Of a stretch of 64,000 nucleotides of DNA, positions 25,951 to 44,750 are shown one piece after another. The position numbers were made by a program, and so were the translations under genes. This stretch comes from Camelus dromedarius (taxonomy: Eukaryota), in NCBI RefSeq assembly GCF_036321535.1, contig NC_087462.1, positions 4,340,001-4,404,000 of the forward strand, in the 5' to 3' direction. How positions within the stretch are numbered: position 1 is the first letter of the stretch; each line of letters starts with the position of its first letter. The notes beneath the pieces were generated by a model, which did no database searches, was not told the DNA's origin, and was given only the letters and a program-made list of their open reading frames with translations.

Positions 25951-28900
25951 AATCCCCCGCTAGGATCAGTTTGAGGTGCTTGAGCGGCACACGCAATGGG
26001 GACTGGACCTGTTGGACAGATACGTGAAGTTCGTGAAAGAGCGGACCGAGGTGGAGCAGGCTTATGCAAAGCAGTTGCGGTGAGACCCTAGGGTGGACGC
26101 GCCCTTGGGTTAGGGGGAGCGGTTGGAGGGCTGGGGGCTCAGCCTTCCTGCCTCTCTCTGTAGGAGCCTGGTGAAAAAATATCTGCCCAAGAGACCTACA
26201 AAAGATGACCCTGAATCCAAGTAAGAATGAAGGGGCTGCAGGGCTAAATTTGGGAGGGTAGAGGGTGTTGGACCCACTTCCTCTCCCTCAAGCTGGACCA
26301 CCCAAACCCAAACCGGTCCCCCACCTCTCACCTCAAGTCCACCTAGAGATCTGAGCTTGGATGCAGGAACCGTATTACTTGGGTTGGAGCTTTAAATCCA
26401 CTACTTTCTAGCCGGACTGCTTTATCCAGTTTACTCAAGCTCTCCGCCTCCATTTTCCTCCCCTATTAAATGGGAGAGGCTCCAGCAGTTACTCAATGAG
26501 TGACTCTGGGCAAGTGACGGAGTTTTTGTGCCTCTGTTTTCCTCACCTGTGAATCAGGAATGATGATGATGATGACGGCCTTGTAGGGGCTCATGCGAAG
26601 CATAAGATGTGTTACAACAATGCCCAGCCCATTTCACTTTATTCTAGGTCCCCGGTTCCAGCATTCAAAAAGCTCTAGAAATTAAGTTTTTCTGGTAACT
26701 TGTTTGGAGGCCCGAACTGACTTAATGTTAATTAATTACAGTTACAGTCTTGCTTTTTTATCCTACTGAGCGTGAATGTCAATACTTCCCACTGCAAAAA
26801 TACTTAGAGTGTTTGGTTACAAAATGCTGCCGCTGACACCACTAGGGTGATGCATAAAAGATGGTATAAGCATCTTATTCGCTTTTTAAAACCCCCAAAA
26901 TTCTGAGTTCTGTGTCTCACTCAAAGGTTGGCAATAAGGAGTGTGGACCAGAATGTATCATTGCTTCTGGGGTCAATGTCTTGGGGCTTACCCTTTCTCA
27001 AATGGAGGTGGATCCTGGGGCATCTGGCTCCAGGGACCCTGACCCTCAGCCCGTGCCTCCTCCACTCCCCCCACCCCAAAGGTTCAGCCAACAACAGTCC
27101 TTCGTGCAGATTCTCCAGGAGGTGAATGATTTTGCTGGTCAGCGGGAGCTGGTGGCTGAGAACCTCAGTGTCCGTGTGTGTCTCGAGCTGGCCAAGTACT
27201 CACAGGAGATGAAGCAGGAGAGAAAGATGGTGGGTGATCCCCTCCCTGGGACTTCCCGAGGGCCCCTGCAACTGGGGTGAACCTTATCTGTCCTCTTTCC
27301 ACAGCACTTCCAAGAAGGCCGTCGGGCCCAGCAGCAGCTGGAAGGTGGCTTCAAACAGCTGGAGAATGTGAGTTTGTGGGTGTGGAGAAGGGTGGCTCTG
27401 GTCCTGAGGAGCGGGCTGAGGGTTGCTGATCCACTGAGATACCCTCTTTGTCTGGCCCAGACCCCTCCTCCCCTGTGGGTTTCCAGCCTGCCTGTTGCCC
27501 CCACCCCCACTTGCTGGGTGATGTCCCGCCAGTCCCTGAAACCTTGGTTGGCGGCTCCTTCATGCTGGTTCTGTCCCCAACACAGAGTAAGCGGAAGTTT
27601 GAGCGGGACTGCCGGGAGGCCGAGAAGGCAGCCCAGACCGCCGAGCGGCTGGACCAGGATATCAACGCCACCAAGGCTGATGTGGAGAAGGTGCTGGTGT
27701 GGTCTGAGACAGGCTTGGGGGTCAGGGTTGGGCAGGGCCAAGACCTGGCAGTGACCCCCGCCTCCATATTCCTCAGGCCAAGCAGCAAGCCCACCTTCGG
27801 AGTCACATGGCAGAAGAAAGCAAAAATGAGTACGCAGCCCAACTGCAGCGGTTCAACCGAGACCAGGCTCACTTCTACTTTTCCCAGATGCCCCAGATAT
27901 TTGATGTGAGTGCTTCAAACCTCCAGCCTGACGACACACAGTTAACGAACTCCTACACATTTGTTAAAAACCCCAGCTATAATGCCCTAATCTCTGAATT
28001 GAAAGGAAATTAGAAACAAATAATCACGGTGAGCTCTACTTTTACTCAAGCTGTTCTTTTTGCCAGAGGGGTCTTTCTTTTCTTTTGAAACTCCTGTCCT
28101 CTCTTTCAGACCTCAGCTCTAACAACCCCTCTTCAAAGGTCTTGAATTTCCCCACTTCTGTTTCAGCTTCTGTCCCAAGCCTGGGACTGGCAGTATCTGT
28201 GCGGGGTCTGCTTTTTCTTCCAATCCCTGACTCCATTTTCACCTCCTTTAAGAAGCCTCCCTGGGCAAGAAGGGGAGGTCCTCAAAGTCCCCCCTGAAAT
28301 GGCCCTGTATGACATTGACCCAGAAATCTCTGTGTTTTCCCCGCCAGCCTGGGCTTGGGGCTGGGGCTGGGGGCCAGAGTGGCTCTCCATCATGCTTGTG
28401 GAGTGAATCACTCTGCCACCGCACCCCCACCAGCACCCCTGAGAACTCCCCCGCCCCTGTCCCTATAGAAGCTTCAGGACATGGATGAGCGCCGGGCCAC
28501 CCACCTGGGGGCTGGGTACGGGCTCCTGTCAGAGGCTGAGCTGCAGGTGGTGCCCATCATTGCCAAGTGTTTGGAGGGCATGAAGGTAGCTGCAGACGCT
28601 GTGGATGCCAAGAATGTAGGTGCCTGGTCCCGGGCAAGTGGACCGCTTGGTGGGCAGAAGGAGGAGGAGCCGGAAGGCTGGACACCCAGTCTTGCCCCTG
28701 ACTGCCCTCTCCCACCCACTCCCACAGGACTCCCAGGTCCTCATTGAACTGCACAAATCTGGCTTCGCCCGCCCGGGCGACGTGGAATTTGAAGACTTCA
28801 GCCAGCCCATGAACCGAGCGCCCTCAGATAGCAGCCTGGGCACCCCCTCAGATGGGCGGCCCGAACTCCGAGGCCCGGGCCGCAGCCGTGCTAAGCGCTG

Positions 28901-31900
28901 GCCCTTCGGCAAGAAGAACAAGGTGGGAGCCGGGGCCCTTGGGGTGGAGGGGATGAACGTGAGTGGGGACAGCAGGGGCCCCCACTGAGTCAGCCCCAGC
29001 TGCCGGAACGCTGAGTCCCGGGCAGGAATTTTCCTCTTGGCTGCTGGCCCGGGCTGGAGGGAAGGAAGGCGGCCGGGCGATTGGCCTGGGAGTCCCCCGA
29101 GGCTGAGGGGCGGGTGGCGAGGAGGGGGGCCTGTGGCGTCTGTCTGCTGCTTCTCAGGATGCTGGGCGAAGGCCTGCCTGTGGGATTTGGGGCTGGGTGA
29201 GGGCTTGGGTCACCAGTCCCAGGGCCTGCCCTGAGTCTCTCCAATCCTCCGATGGGTCTCTGGGCCCCCCAACCTCAGGCTGTTTTTTCCTGGGATTTTT
29301 GGCTTTCAACGTCAGTCACATACCTGAACACCCCTGGCTTATACCTTTGAACTACTCTCCTCCCCACTTTGTTTATACCTTTGACTCCTGTTTTATACTT
29401 TTGATCCCTCGTGACATATACTTTGATACCTCTTTTCAGTTTATAGATGAAATCCCCCAGCTTAAACCCCAGCTGTGACCCTTCTGGTATTTCATGCCTT
29501 TGACTCTTCTCTGAGCTTGTCCTTGACCTTGATGGCCCCATATTTGTCTGAGACCTTGACTCCTGCATGCCTCTCCCTCCACCTTCTAGACTGTGAGCCC
29601 AGAAAGCCAGGGGGGAGCAGAAACATGGGCCTCCCTGCGCCCCCAAGCCCCCTGTTCTAAGTACCAGGTATAGGATGCAAGGGACGTGGGAGATCCGTGG
29701 GGAGGGAGGGGTCTGGACTTCTGGCTCACAATCTAATGCACTCCTGCCACCACCCAGATTTTTGTGTTGCTCTTTGCATGTATTTTCTGTGTGTGATTGT
29801 GCATCTTGAGTTGTGGTTTTCTTACTTTTTTTTTTTTTTTTTTGTCTTTTCTCCATTTGGTTTTTTTGTCCTTTTTCTTTATTGCGTCCACCATTCGTCC
29901 GTTCATCCGTCCTTGTTCACTACATCTTCCCCCACTTCCTGACCTGTGCCCTTCCTGGCCCCCGCCGGTAGCCACGCCCCCCACCCCTCTCCCCCCTGGG
30001 GGGCCCCCTGCCATCAGCATTACCTAATGGACCCCCGTCCCCCCGCTCCGGCCTCGACCCCTTGGCCATACTGAGTGAGATCAGTAAGTCGGTCAAACCC
30101 CGGCTAGCATCCTTCCGCAGCCTTCGAGGCAGCCGTGGGGTAAGTGAGGCCTCTGGGGGGGAGGAGGGGGCGGCCCCAGCCTGCCCAGCCGCCGGGTGGC
30201 GGGACCCTGGGCTCGCTTCCTGCCGCTGGCTGGGCCCCCTCCTCCCATTGCCCCACCCGGACCTGCTTTGCTCTGTGCATGGCCTTGCCCCCCAAGAACC
30301 TTGGGTGGGAAGGAAGGTGGACTTGGAGTGTCTTAGGAGTGTCTTAGAGCCTGGAAGCTCAGACTCTGTGATCCCAAACTCAGTCCTCTTCCACCTTGCA
30401 GACAGTGGTGACTGAGGATTTCAGCCACTTGCCCCCAGAGCAGCAGAGAAAGCGGCTTCAGCAGCAGCTGGAAGAACGGAACCGTGAACTACAGAAGGAA
30501 GTCGACCAGAGGTAAGGAGAGGTGGTGGGCAGGTCAGGAACAAAGCAAAAATTACAAATGAATTATGTTGAAATGGTCCTCGAAGATCTCCCCAGTAAGC
30601 CCCAGGCCGTGATGGATTTATAGGTGATTCCTACCCCACTTAGGAGAAATAGTTATGTCCCATCTTACACAAGTCATTCCAGCAAACAGAAAAAAGAGTG
30701 AGAGCTGCTAGCCTGTTTAGGAGGCAGGTGGAATCTTGATTCCAAAATTGAGCTAGCAAGACTTCAAGAAAGTCAAATGATGGGTTTACTTTCCTTTACT
30801 TATGATCTTAGATGCAAAATCCTAGCCAAGCAAGTCCAATGGTGTATTAAAAAATAATATATCACGTGGGTACTAGTGATTGCACAACACAAATTAGTTT
30901 AATGCCATGGAACTGTACACTTAAAAATAGCTCAAATGGGAAATTTTATATTATGTATATTTTACCATAAGAAAAAAATAAGAATAAAAGACCAAAACAA
31001 ACAAACCAAAAAAAACATGATAAGTTGGAGGTTATCGCTGTCATGCAAAGATGGTTCAATATCTAAAAATCTACCAGTCTGATTCAGTATGTTAATCAGC
31101 TCAAAGGGGGAAAAAAAAAAGCATATGGTTATTCATTTAATAACTCAAAACACTAACAATAAAAAAAAAAAACCCTGCCAGATTAAAAAAAAGACAATCT
31201 TTTACTCACTCTTTCCAAGCAACAAGATTCTCTTCCCAGTCCTCTTACATAATAAGAATGACGGTTGCCACTTGCAGACAGGCAGCCAAATTATATCTTG
31301 CCATTTTCACAGAACCTCTTGTACAAAACAGCTTTTATGGATGTAAAGTTCTATTCAGAACTCTAGAGTTCCTGAGTTTTCATGGGGTGTGAGTTATGGA
31401 TGAGTGCTCTAGAGTTGAGACAGACTGGCTTTGAATTCTAGCTGTTTCCAGACCTCCGTTTTCTCATCTGTACTATGCATGAGGTGTTAGGACTGGAAAG
31501 AAACTGAACCCAGGTTTGACGTACTCCAAAGGTCTGTGCTTGTAGCTGTTCCTATCTGTCTATGTAGACACGGAGAAGATCCGGCCTAGGGACGAGTGGC
31601 AATAACGCCTAGCATCTACAGAAGGTTATTGTGTGCCAGGCACTATTCCAAACATCTTTCTTGCATCATTAGGATTCCTGTTTTCCTAAGAACTTTTGAG
31701 CAGAGGTAGGATCACGATTGACCTGCTAGTACGGTGTCTCTAATGCCTAGAATGGGTTCTTGGCACACAGTAGTCACTCAAGATACATCTGAATAACTAA
31801 AGGCACTGTTCTAATCTTTACAACAGCTCCCACGAGATATACAGATATATTCTCATTTTTTAAGGCAAGCATCCTGAGACAAAGTTTCAGTAACTTAACT

Positions 31901-33002
31901 CAAACTCACACAACTCAGAAATGGCCCACAGTGGGATTGGAAGCCAGGCTAGAAAGCCCTGGCTGAGCTCCTGGGAGCCAAGCCCATGTTTTTTGGCTTG
32001 TTAAATCACATGGGATTCTTTCTCCTCTGTCTGCTTTGTCCCAGGGAAGCCCTGAAGAAAATGAAGGATGTATATGAGAAGACACCCCAGATGGGGGACC
32101 CAGCCAGCTTGGAACCCCGGATCACAGAAACCCTGAACAACATTGAGCGACTGAAGTTGGAAGTGCAGAAGTATGAGGTCAGGGAAGACCCTGGGGAGGG
32201 GTGGGGGCCAGCGGGCCTGGCTGAGTCACTTCCCCGGGGGGGGGGGTAGGGGGGACAGGGAGGTGTTGTGGGGGGACTCCAGCTGTTTCTCATCACAGCC
32301 TTGGGTGTGCATGGGTGATCTCAGGAAACCTCCCGGGCCCAGAGCGGGCTGACCCTGGAGCCCTGCCCTGGAACTGACCGTGTGGTCCCCTCCTCTCAGA
32401 CTTGGCTGGCGGAAGCTGAGAGCCGGGTCCTAAGCAACCGGGGGGACACTCTGGGCCGGCATGCTCGGCCTCCAGACCCCCCAGCCAACGCCCCCCCAGA
32501 CAGCAGCAGCAGCAGCAGCAACAGCGGATCACAGCGTAACAAGGAGAGGTGAGCAGGGAGGCGAGTCTGAGTCTGCCCAGGGGCCGGGGCGGAGGAGGGC
32601 TGTCCTCACCTGTTTTGCCCTCTCCAACCAGCTCTGAAGAACCCCCCTCAGAGGAGGGTCAGGATGCTCCCATCTACACAGAGTTCGATGAGGATTTTGA
32701 GGAGGAACCTGCATCCCCCATAGGTCACTGTGTGGCCATCTACCACTTTGAAGGTAAGGACAGCCCACGTGGCACATCAGTGGCTTGGGGGGCCGTCTTT
32801 ATGGCTAGATTCGCCTAAAGCAGACCTGAGCCCACCACCACCCCATGTCACAGGGTCCAGCGAGGGTACCATCTCCATGGCGGAGGGCGAAGACCTTAGT
32901 CTCATGGAAGAGGACAAAGGCGATGGCTGGACCCGGGTCAGGCGGAAACAGGGAGATGAAGGTTACGTGCCCACCTCCTACCTCCGTGTCACGCTCAACT
33001 GA
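24768..33002 (+). CDS. TRIP10: Cdc42-interacting protein 4 (F-BAR, HR1, SH3); 604 aa with alternative exon 10, 548 aa without
   Basis: Exons: 24768-24791, 25964-26079, 26164-26220, 27082-27229, 27305-27367, 27586-27690, 27777-27905, 28469-28615, 28728-28922, 29972-30139 (alternative), 30402-30511, 32045-32177, 32400-32548, 32632-32753, 32854-33002. Total 1815 nt in frame. Starts [21 protein letters not shown] and ends with SH3 GDGWTRVRR...[12 protein letters not shown]. Confidence 0.97.
26620..26950. mobile_element. TcMar-Tigger MITE (MER46C-like) in TRIP10 intron 3
   Basis: CCCCCAAAATTCTGAGTTC...AGGTTGGCAATAAGGAGTGTGGACC terminus. Confidence 0.45.
30810..31190 (+). mobile_element. L1 ORF2 fragment interrupted by a second L1 3' end
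   Basis: ATGCAAAGATGGTTCAATATC (ORF2-like), with an inserted GAACTGTACACTTAAAAATAGC...TTTTACCATAAGAAAAAAA segment at about 30866-31015. Confidence 0.55.
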
Positions 33003-33676
33003 ACCCTGCCAGAGGCGGGAAGAGGAGGGCTGTTGGCTGCTGCTTCTGGGCCGTGGGGGGCCCCAGGACCTACGCACTTTATTTCTGCCCCCGTGGCTTC
33101 GGCTGAGACCTGTGTAACCTGCTGCCCCCCCCCCCCCACTCCTCACCCCGGATGGACCCCGCTGTGCCTTCCACCATCGATGTACATACTCATGTTTCAA
33201 ATCTTTTCTTCCTGCCTCTTGGCTGGGGCCATTTTGTTTTATATAAAAAAATTATGGAAAGCTCCTGCTGTCTGAGCCTTAATGGGAGATCCGGATATTG
33301 GGACTGGATGATCAAACACCACCCTCCTTCTGGGTCACACAGGGGAGGAAGGGGAGGTGAACTTGGGTACACCTTGTACCAACCCTACCTCTTCTCTGAT
33401 GCCAAAAGGGAGGCGGGTGCCCGATGACATCCCTTTGGTGTTCATCACAGCTTACCGGGAACAGGAAGCACCTTTTGAATACCTACTGTGTGCCAGGCAT
33501 GCTCCACCCATGATCTCATTCAAGCATGGAGCTTTCATCCCCATGACAACCCCTGGAAAGTACAGTCTCACTTTTTATGTTGAAGGCAGGCACAGAGAGG
33601 TCAAGCAATCTGCTGGAAGTCACACAGCTTTTAAAATGTATTTGAACTCCAGTCTCTTATAGATCTTCAAGTTCTC

Positions 33677-33688
33677 TTTAATATTAAA
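33677..33688. terminator. Palindromic TTTAATATTAAA giving ATTAAA on both strands (probable SH2D3A poly(A) signal; possible distal TRIP10 signal)
   Basis: Perfect 12-bp palindrome located between the two convergent stop codons at 33002 and 33995. Confidence 0.5.
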
Positions 33689-33994
33689 AGCCACATGTTC
33701 ACCATTTGGTGGGGGGGGGGGGGATTGCAGGCATAGGGGCTGGGAGAGGGCGTCCAGAATCTCTAGACGTCAGGGGTCTTCCAGCGTTGGGGAGGAGACG
33801 TCTGTCCCTGAGGATCCATGTGCATTTTTAGGGCATGGTAGGTTCTTGCAAACCAGGTCCCCTCTCTTCTGTGAGGCAGGATGTATGTCCCCGCTGCATC
33901 TGGCCTTGTGAGGAATCTGGGGTGGCTTCGTTGGTCCCTGTTGGGGATCCCCAGAAGCCTGGGTATCCTAGCGTGAAGAAGGGGGTCTGTGCTT

Positions 33995-40892
<6,898 letters not shown>

Positions 40893-41034
40893 TCAGTCTT
40901 CCTCATCTGAAAAATGGGAATAATTACTCTTGCTTCCTGAGTGGCTGGGTCAGCCGCCACCATGTTCCTCATAGTTTTTGGTTTGTTTTGTTTTCTTTGC
41001 TTGTTTTTGAATGTATGATATCAGTTATTTTTTA

Positions 41035-41452
41035 TTTTTATTTTAAAAAATTTATTGAACTTTAGTCAGTTTACAATGTGGTGTCAATGTTTGGTGTACA
41101 ACATAATGTTTCAGTCATACATGTACGAAAATATATTCATTTTCATATTCTTTTTCATTATTGATTACTGTAAGATATTGAGTATAGTTCCCTGTGTGCT
41201 ACAGTAGAAACTCATTGTTTATCTATTTTATATATAATAGTTACTATCTGCAAATCTCGAACTCCCAATTTATCCTTTCCCAATACCTTTCCCCCTGGTA
41301 ACCAAGAGTTTGTTTTCTGTGTCTGTGAGTCTGTGTCTGTTTTGTAAATAAGTTCATTTGTGTCTTTTTTTTTTGTAAGATTCCACAAATGAGTGACATG
41401 ATATGGTATTTGCTATTTTTCTTTCTCTTTCTGGCTTACTTCACTTAGAATT
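41035..41452 (-). mobile_element. Cetartiodactyl-type L1 3' end
   Basis: TTTATTGAAC...TTTACAATGTGGTG...GTAAGATATTGAGTATAGTTCCCTGTG...TGGCTTACTTCACTTAGAAT. Confidence 0.7.
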
Positions 41453-41619
41453 ACAAACTCCCCTAAACTCCCCTTGTAGTTTTGAAGACAGTAACCGGCA
41501 CCCTACCAAACCTTAAAATGCAACTCTCTTTGTATATGTATATATACAAATATTTATTTTATTTCATTTATTTTTCACAAATATATATTTTTTAATTAAA
41601 GAAATTACTCATAGTCAGA

Positions 41620-41623
<4 letters not shown>

Positions 41624-41653
<30 letters not shown>
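41624..41653. repeat. (TA)n microsatellite
   Basis: About 15 TA units, seen directly. Confidence 0.9.
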
Positions 41654-41657
<4 letters not shown>

Positions 41658-41779
41658 TTAAAATCAGGCTATGAGTAACTTTAATTTAGAATAGGCTGTG
41701 ATTTCACAGAAACACTTATACATTCACTGGGACTCTTGCAAAAGCTGAAGACCTGCACATTGCTTTCAGTGTGATGCAA

Positions 41780-41993
41780 TTTTTTGGGGGGGAGAGTAAT
41801 TAGGTTCATTTATTTATTTATTTTTAGAGGAGGCACTGGGGATTGAACACAGGATCTTGTGCATGCTAGGCATGCGCTCTACCACTTGAGCTATATCCCC
41901 TCCTTTATTTTTATTTTTAATGGAGTACTGGGGATTGAATCCAGGACCTCATGCATGCTAAGCATGTGCTCTACCACTGAGCTATACCCTCCC
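41780..41993 (-). mobile_element. Head-to-tail pair of Vic-1-like SINEs (41904-41993 and 41780-41903)
   Basis: Two tRNA-Ala(AGC)-like heads, each with an A-rich tail. Confidence 0.85.
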
Positions 41994-43849
41994 TCTGTCA
42001 ATGTAATGCAATTTGCATGCAGATGATGTATTGCTATGTTTCGGAGAAATTTAATTATTGAATCCACTCAAACCAATATTTATGGGGCTCCCACTGTGTG
42101 CCAGGCACCATTCTAGGCACTAAGACCCCGTAGTGAGCAAAACAGACTGGGATCCCTGCCCTTAGGGATGTTCTAGTCGGGGAGACAGTGACTGAGAAAA
42201 TAAATTAGTAGGTGAGGGAGGATAGGATAGGTCAGAGAGACCTAAGCAGACAAATGGCACCAGGGATGGGATTAGGAAGATCTGAGTGGTGGAGTTAAGA
42301 TTTTCCATAGGGTGACAATGGGAAGGTCTCAGTCAGTAAAGATTTGGAGGATTTTGAGAAAGCAAGCCAGGTAGTTCTTGGGGTGAAAGGAATTTCTGGC
42401 TGGAGGGGGAAGGGTGGGATTTAATTGACTAAAATCTACAGCGTCTTAGCAATCTATGGGCACACTCAAGTATTCTTAGGTGGTATGCAAATCTAACCCA
42501 TATGTGGCTTCCAAAGTAAAGCCATTTTTTAAGGGCATTCAAAGGTCACATTTTTGTAGGTGTTGGCAAACAGTGAGTAGGCATTTGTAGATCTTTATGT
42601 TATGGAGCTGCTACATTTTGTTGTGAATATTATGGTCAAATTTAGGTCTCAGACACTTTAGGACTCCCTTGATCGCCATGCAGTTCTCAGGCACTGGGTG
42701 CCTCAAGCGTCTGGCGGGGAAATCTGCCCTGGATTCAAGGGACGCAGGGGTCTGCTGGCCTCCTCCACTCCCAGGCTCTTCTGGACCTGGCTGGTTCTGT
42801 AGGGAAATCGCACCAGGATTCCTACAACCTGAGTCAGCTGGCTCAGGCCCTGAAAGGGGCAGGAAGTTTCAGGCTGGCCCCAGGTTGCTGCAGGGGCGGG
42901 GAGCGGAGCAGAGTGCTGGCTCCAGGCGCCACATACCTGAACGCCAGGTGTGTCTCCTAGATGCCCGTGCACTTCCTGTTTGTCAGCTGAGCCATGTCTG
43001 GCCTCTGTCTAAAGAGTCCCCCAACTCCAGCGTCCTCTGTCTTACGGGCCCCCGAGTGGCTGTGGAGGTGGGTCACTGACAAGGCTCTGGTTAGTTCCAG
43101 GGGGAAGGCAGGGAGCTCGGAATGGGCACAGGTCACCCATGACCCATCTAAGTCATCCTCCTGCTTTGCGTCCTTTGCAATCATTTCTGGACATCTGAGC
43201 AGGGGAGAGAGGAAGGTGGCAGAGTCAGGAGAGGGGGGTGGGTGAGAAGCCAGCTTGGGGGAAGGAGGGAGGGGATTATTTATGCTCTATCGATGGGGTG
43301 CCACCTGCACACAGACACATGGACACAGATGGATACGAGGACTCAAACGTGAGCCAACGCTGACTGGTTGTGCGCCAGGCCCTGTTCTAGACCCTGGAGA
43401 AACAGTGATGAATGAGACCAAGGCCTGGCTGGTGGGTGAGACACACAGCACAAGCACACAGTGAATGAAGAAGATAATGTCTAAGGGTAAACAATGAAGG
43501 TGATAAAACAGGGAGATGTGATAAAGGCAAGACAATTATGCAAAGATTTGGAGAAAGCACTCCAGGTTGTGGGGTACAGCGAGTGCAAAGGTCTGGGGCT
43601 GGCTTTTCACAGTTTACATCATCAGGGAGGCCGAAGTGGCTGGCTCCTGCGAGCAAGGAGCTAAGTGGAGAGCAAGGAGGTCGGCGGGGGTGAGACCAGG
43701 CAGAAACTGGTGGATCCCGAATTTTCATCTGAGTGGGCTGGAAGGGCAGCTCCGGAAGGGTTTTAAGTGAGGGAGGGGCACGATCTGGTTTAAAAAGAGC
43801 GCTCAGGCAAAAGTGGAAGCAAGCTTTCCGTGTTGCACAGGAAACACGC

Positions 43850-44750
43850 TTAGAGGTGCAAGTACGCCCAGGTACACGGACACGCGTAATGCATAGCGAC
43901 CCAATCAGGCGACCCCGTCTACGTTCGCGGACGCGCATGGACAGACACCCAGATCCTCCCCGGGATCTGGTGGCCGCACCTGGGAAAGAGAGAACTCCCT
44001 ACCTCAATGAACTCTTGGTCCTGAATCCGTCTGGGGTCCCTCACTCACCTAGGCCGGGACCCGCGGAGTTCCCAAGAACCTGGGGCGGGGCGGAAGCCAG
44101 AGGCTCTGCGGCTCGCGACGCCTCCCTCCCCGCCCCAGCCAAGTCCAGCGTTTCCCCGCCGCGCCCAGAGGGAACCGAGCCCCATCACCTGGCCCCGCCC
44201 CTTCAAGCCCTGCCCCGTCAGGCCTCACCTCTTCTCCAGCTATAACCTCCCGGGCTCGGGGCTCGCCGCCTTGTTCGCGCTTAGTACGGTTAGCACGGGT
44301 CTTTGCGCTAACCACGCCCCCTTCAGGTAAAACTCTCTTCCCCATAGACCACGCCCCCTTGGGAACCCCGTTCCTGCTTAGTGGGTTCCGCCCCCTTAGA
44401 ACCCTGCCCCACCCTCCTCCGATTGACCACGCCCACACATCTCCCCGCCCCTCTTTCAGTCCTGCCGCTTAGAACCGGGTCCCTAGATTCATTCTCATTA
44501 GGGTCTCGGGCTGGCCCTAAGCACCCATAGCCTCTTGGGACGGGAGAAAAGATGTTTCTCTCCTAGCCTATCAGTGTTCCCGGCAGGGGCAGGGCGGTCC
44601 CTACCGGCTCTCTCCCCCGGCCGGGAGTGGTGGCGGGCTGTGACGTGATGGGGTGAGCTTCCTCCAGACCGCCCCCCTGGGTTTCCGGGAAGGAACCCCA
44701 TGGGGGTGTCGGGTTTTGTGGAGAGAGATGCGGGAAAACACGACAGCCTC
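43850..44750 (-). promoter_or_regulatory. SH2D3A: CpG-island promoter and probable non-coding exon 1 of SH2D3A (donor after 44049)
   Basis: CpG-rich with GC and CCAAT boxes. Strong donor CCTAG|GTGAGT on the minus strand at 44049/44048. Confidence 0.6.

Noticed and set aside
41920-41993. tRNA-Ala(AGC)-like sequence, which could be mistaken for a tRNA gene
   Set aside because: It is degenerate, followed by an A-rich tail and present in seven copies, so it is a SINE head rather than a tRNA gene.
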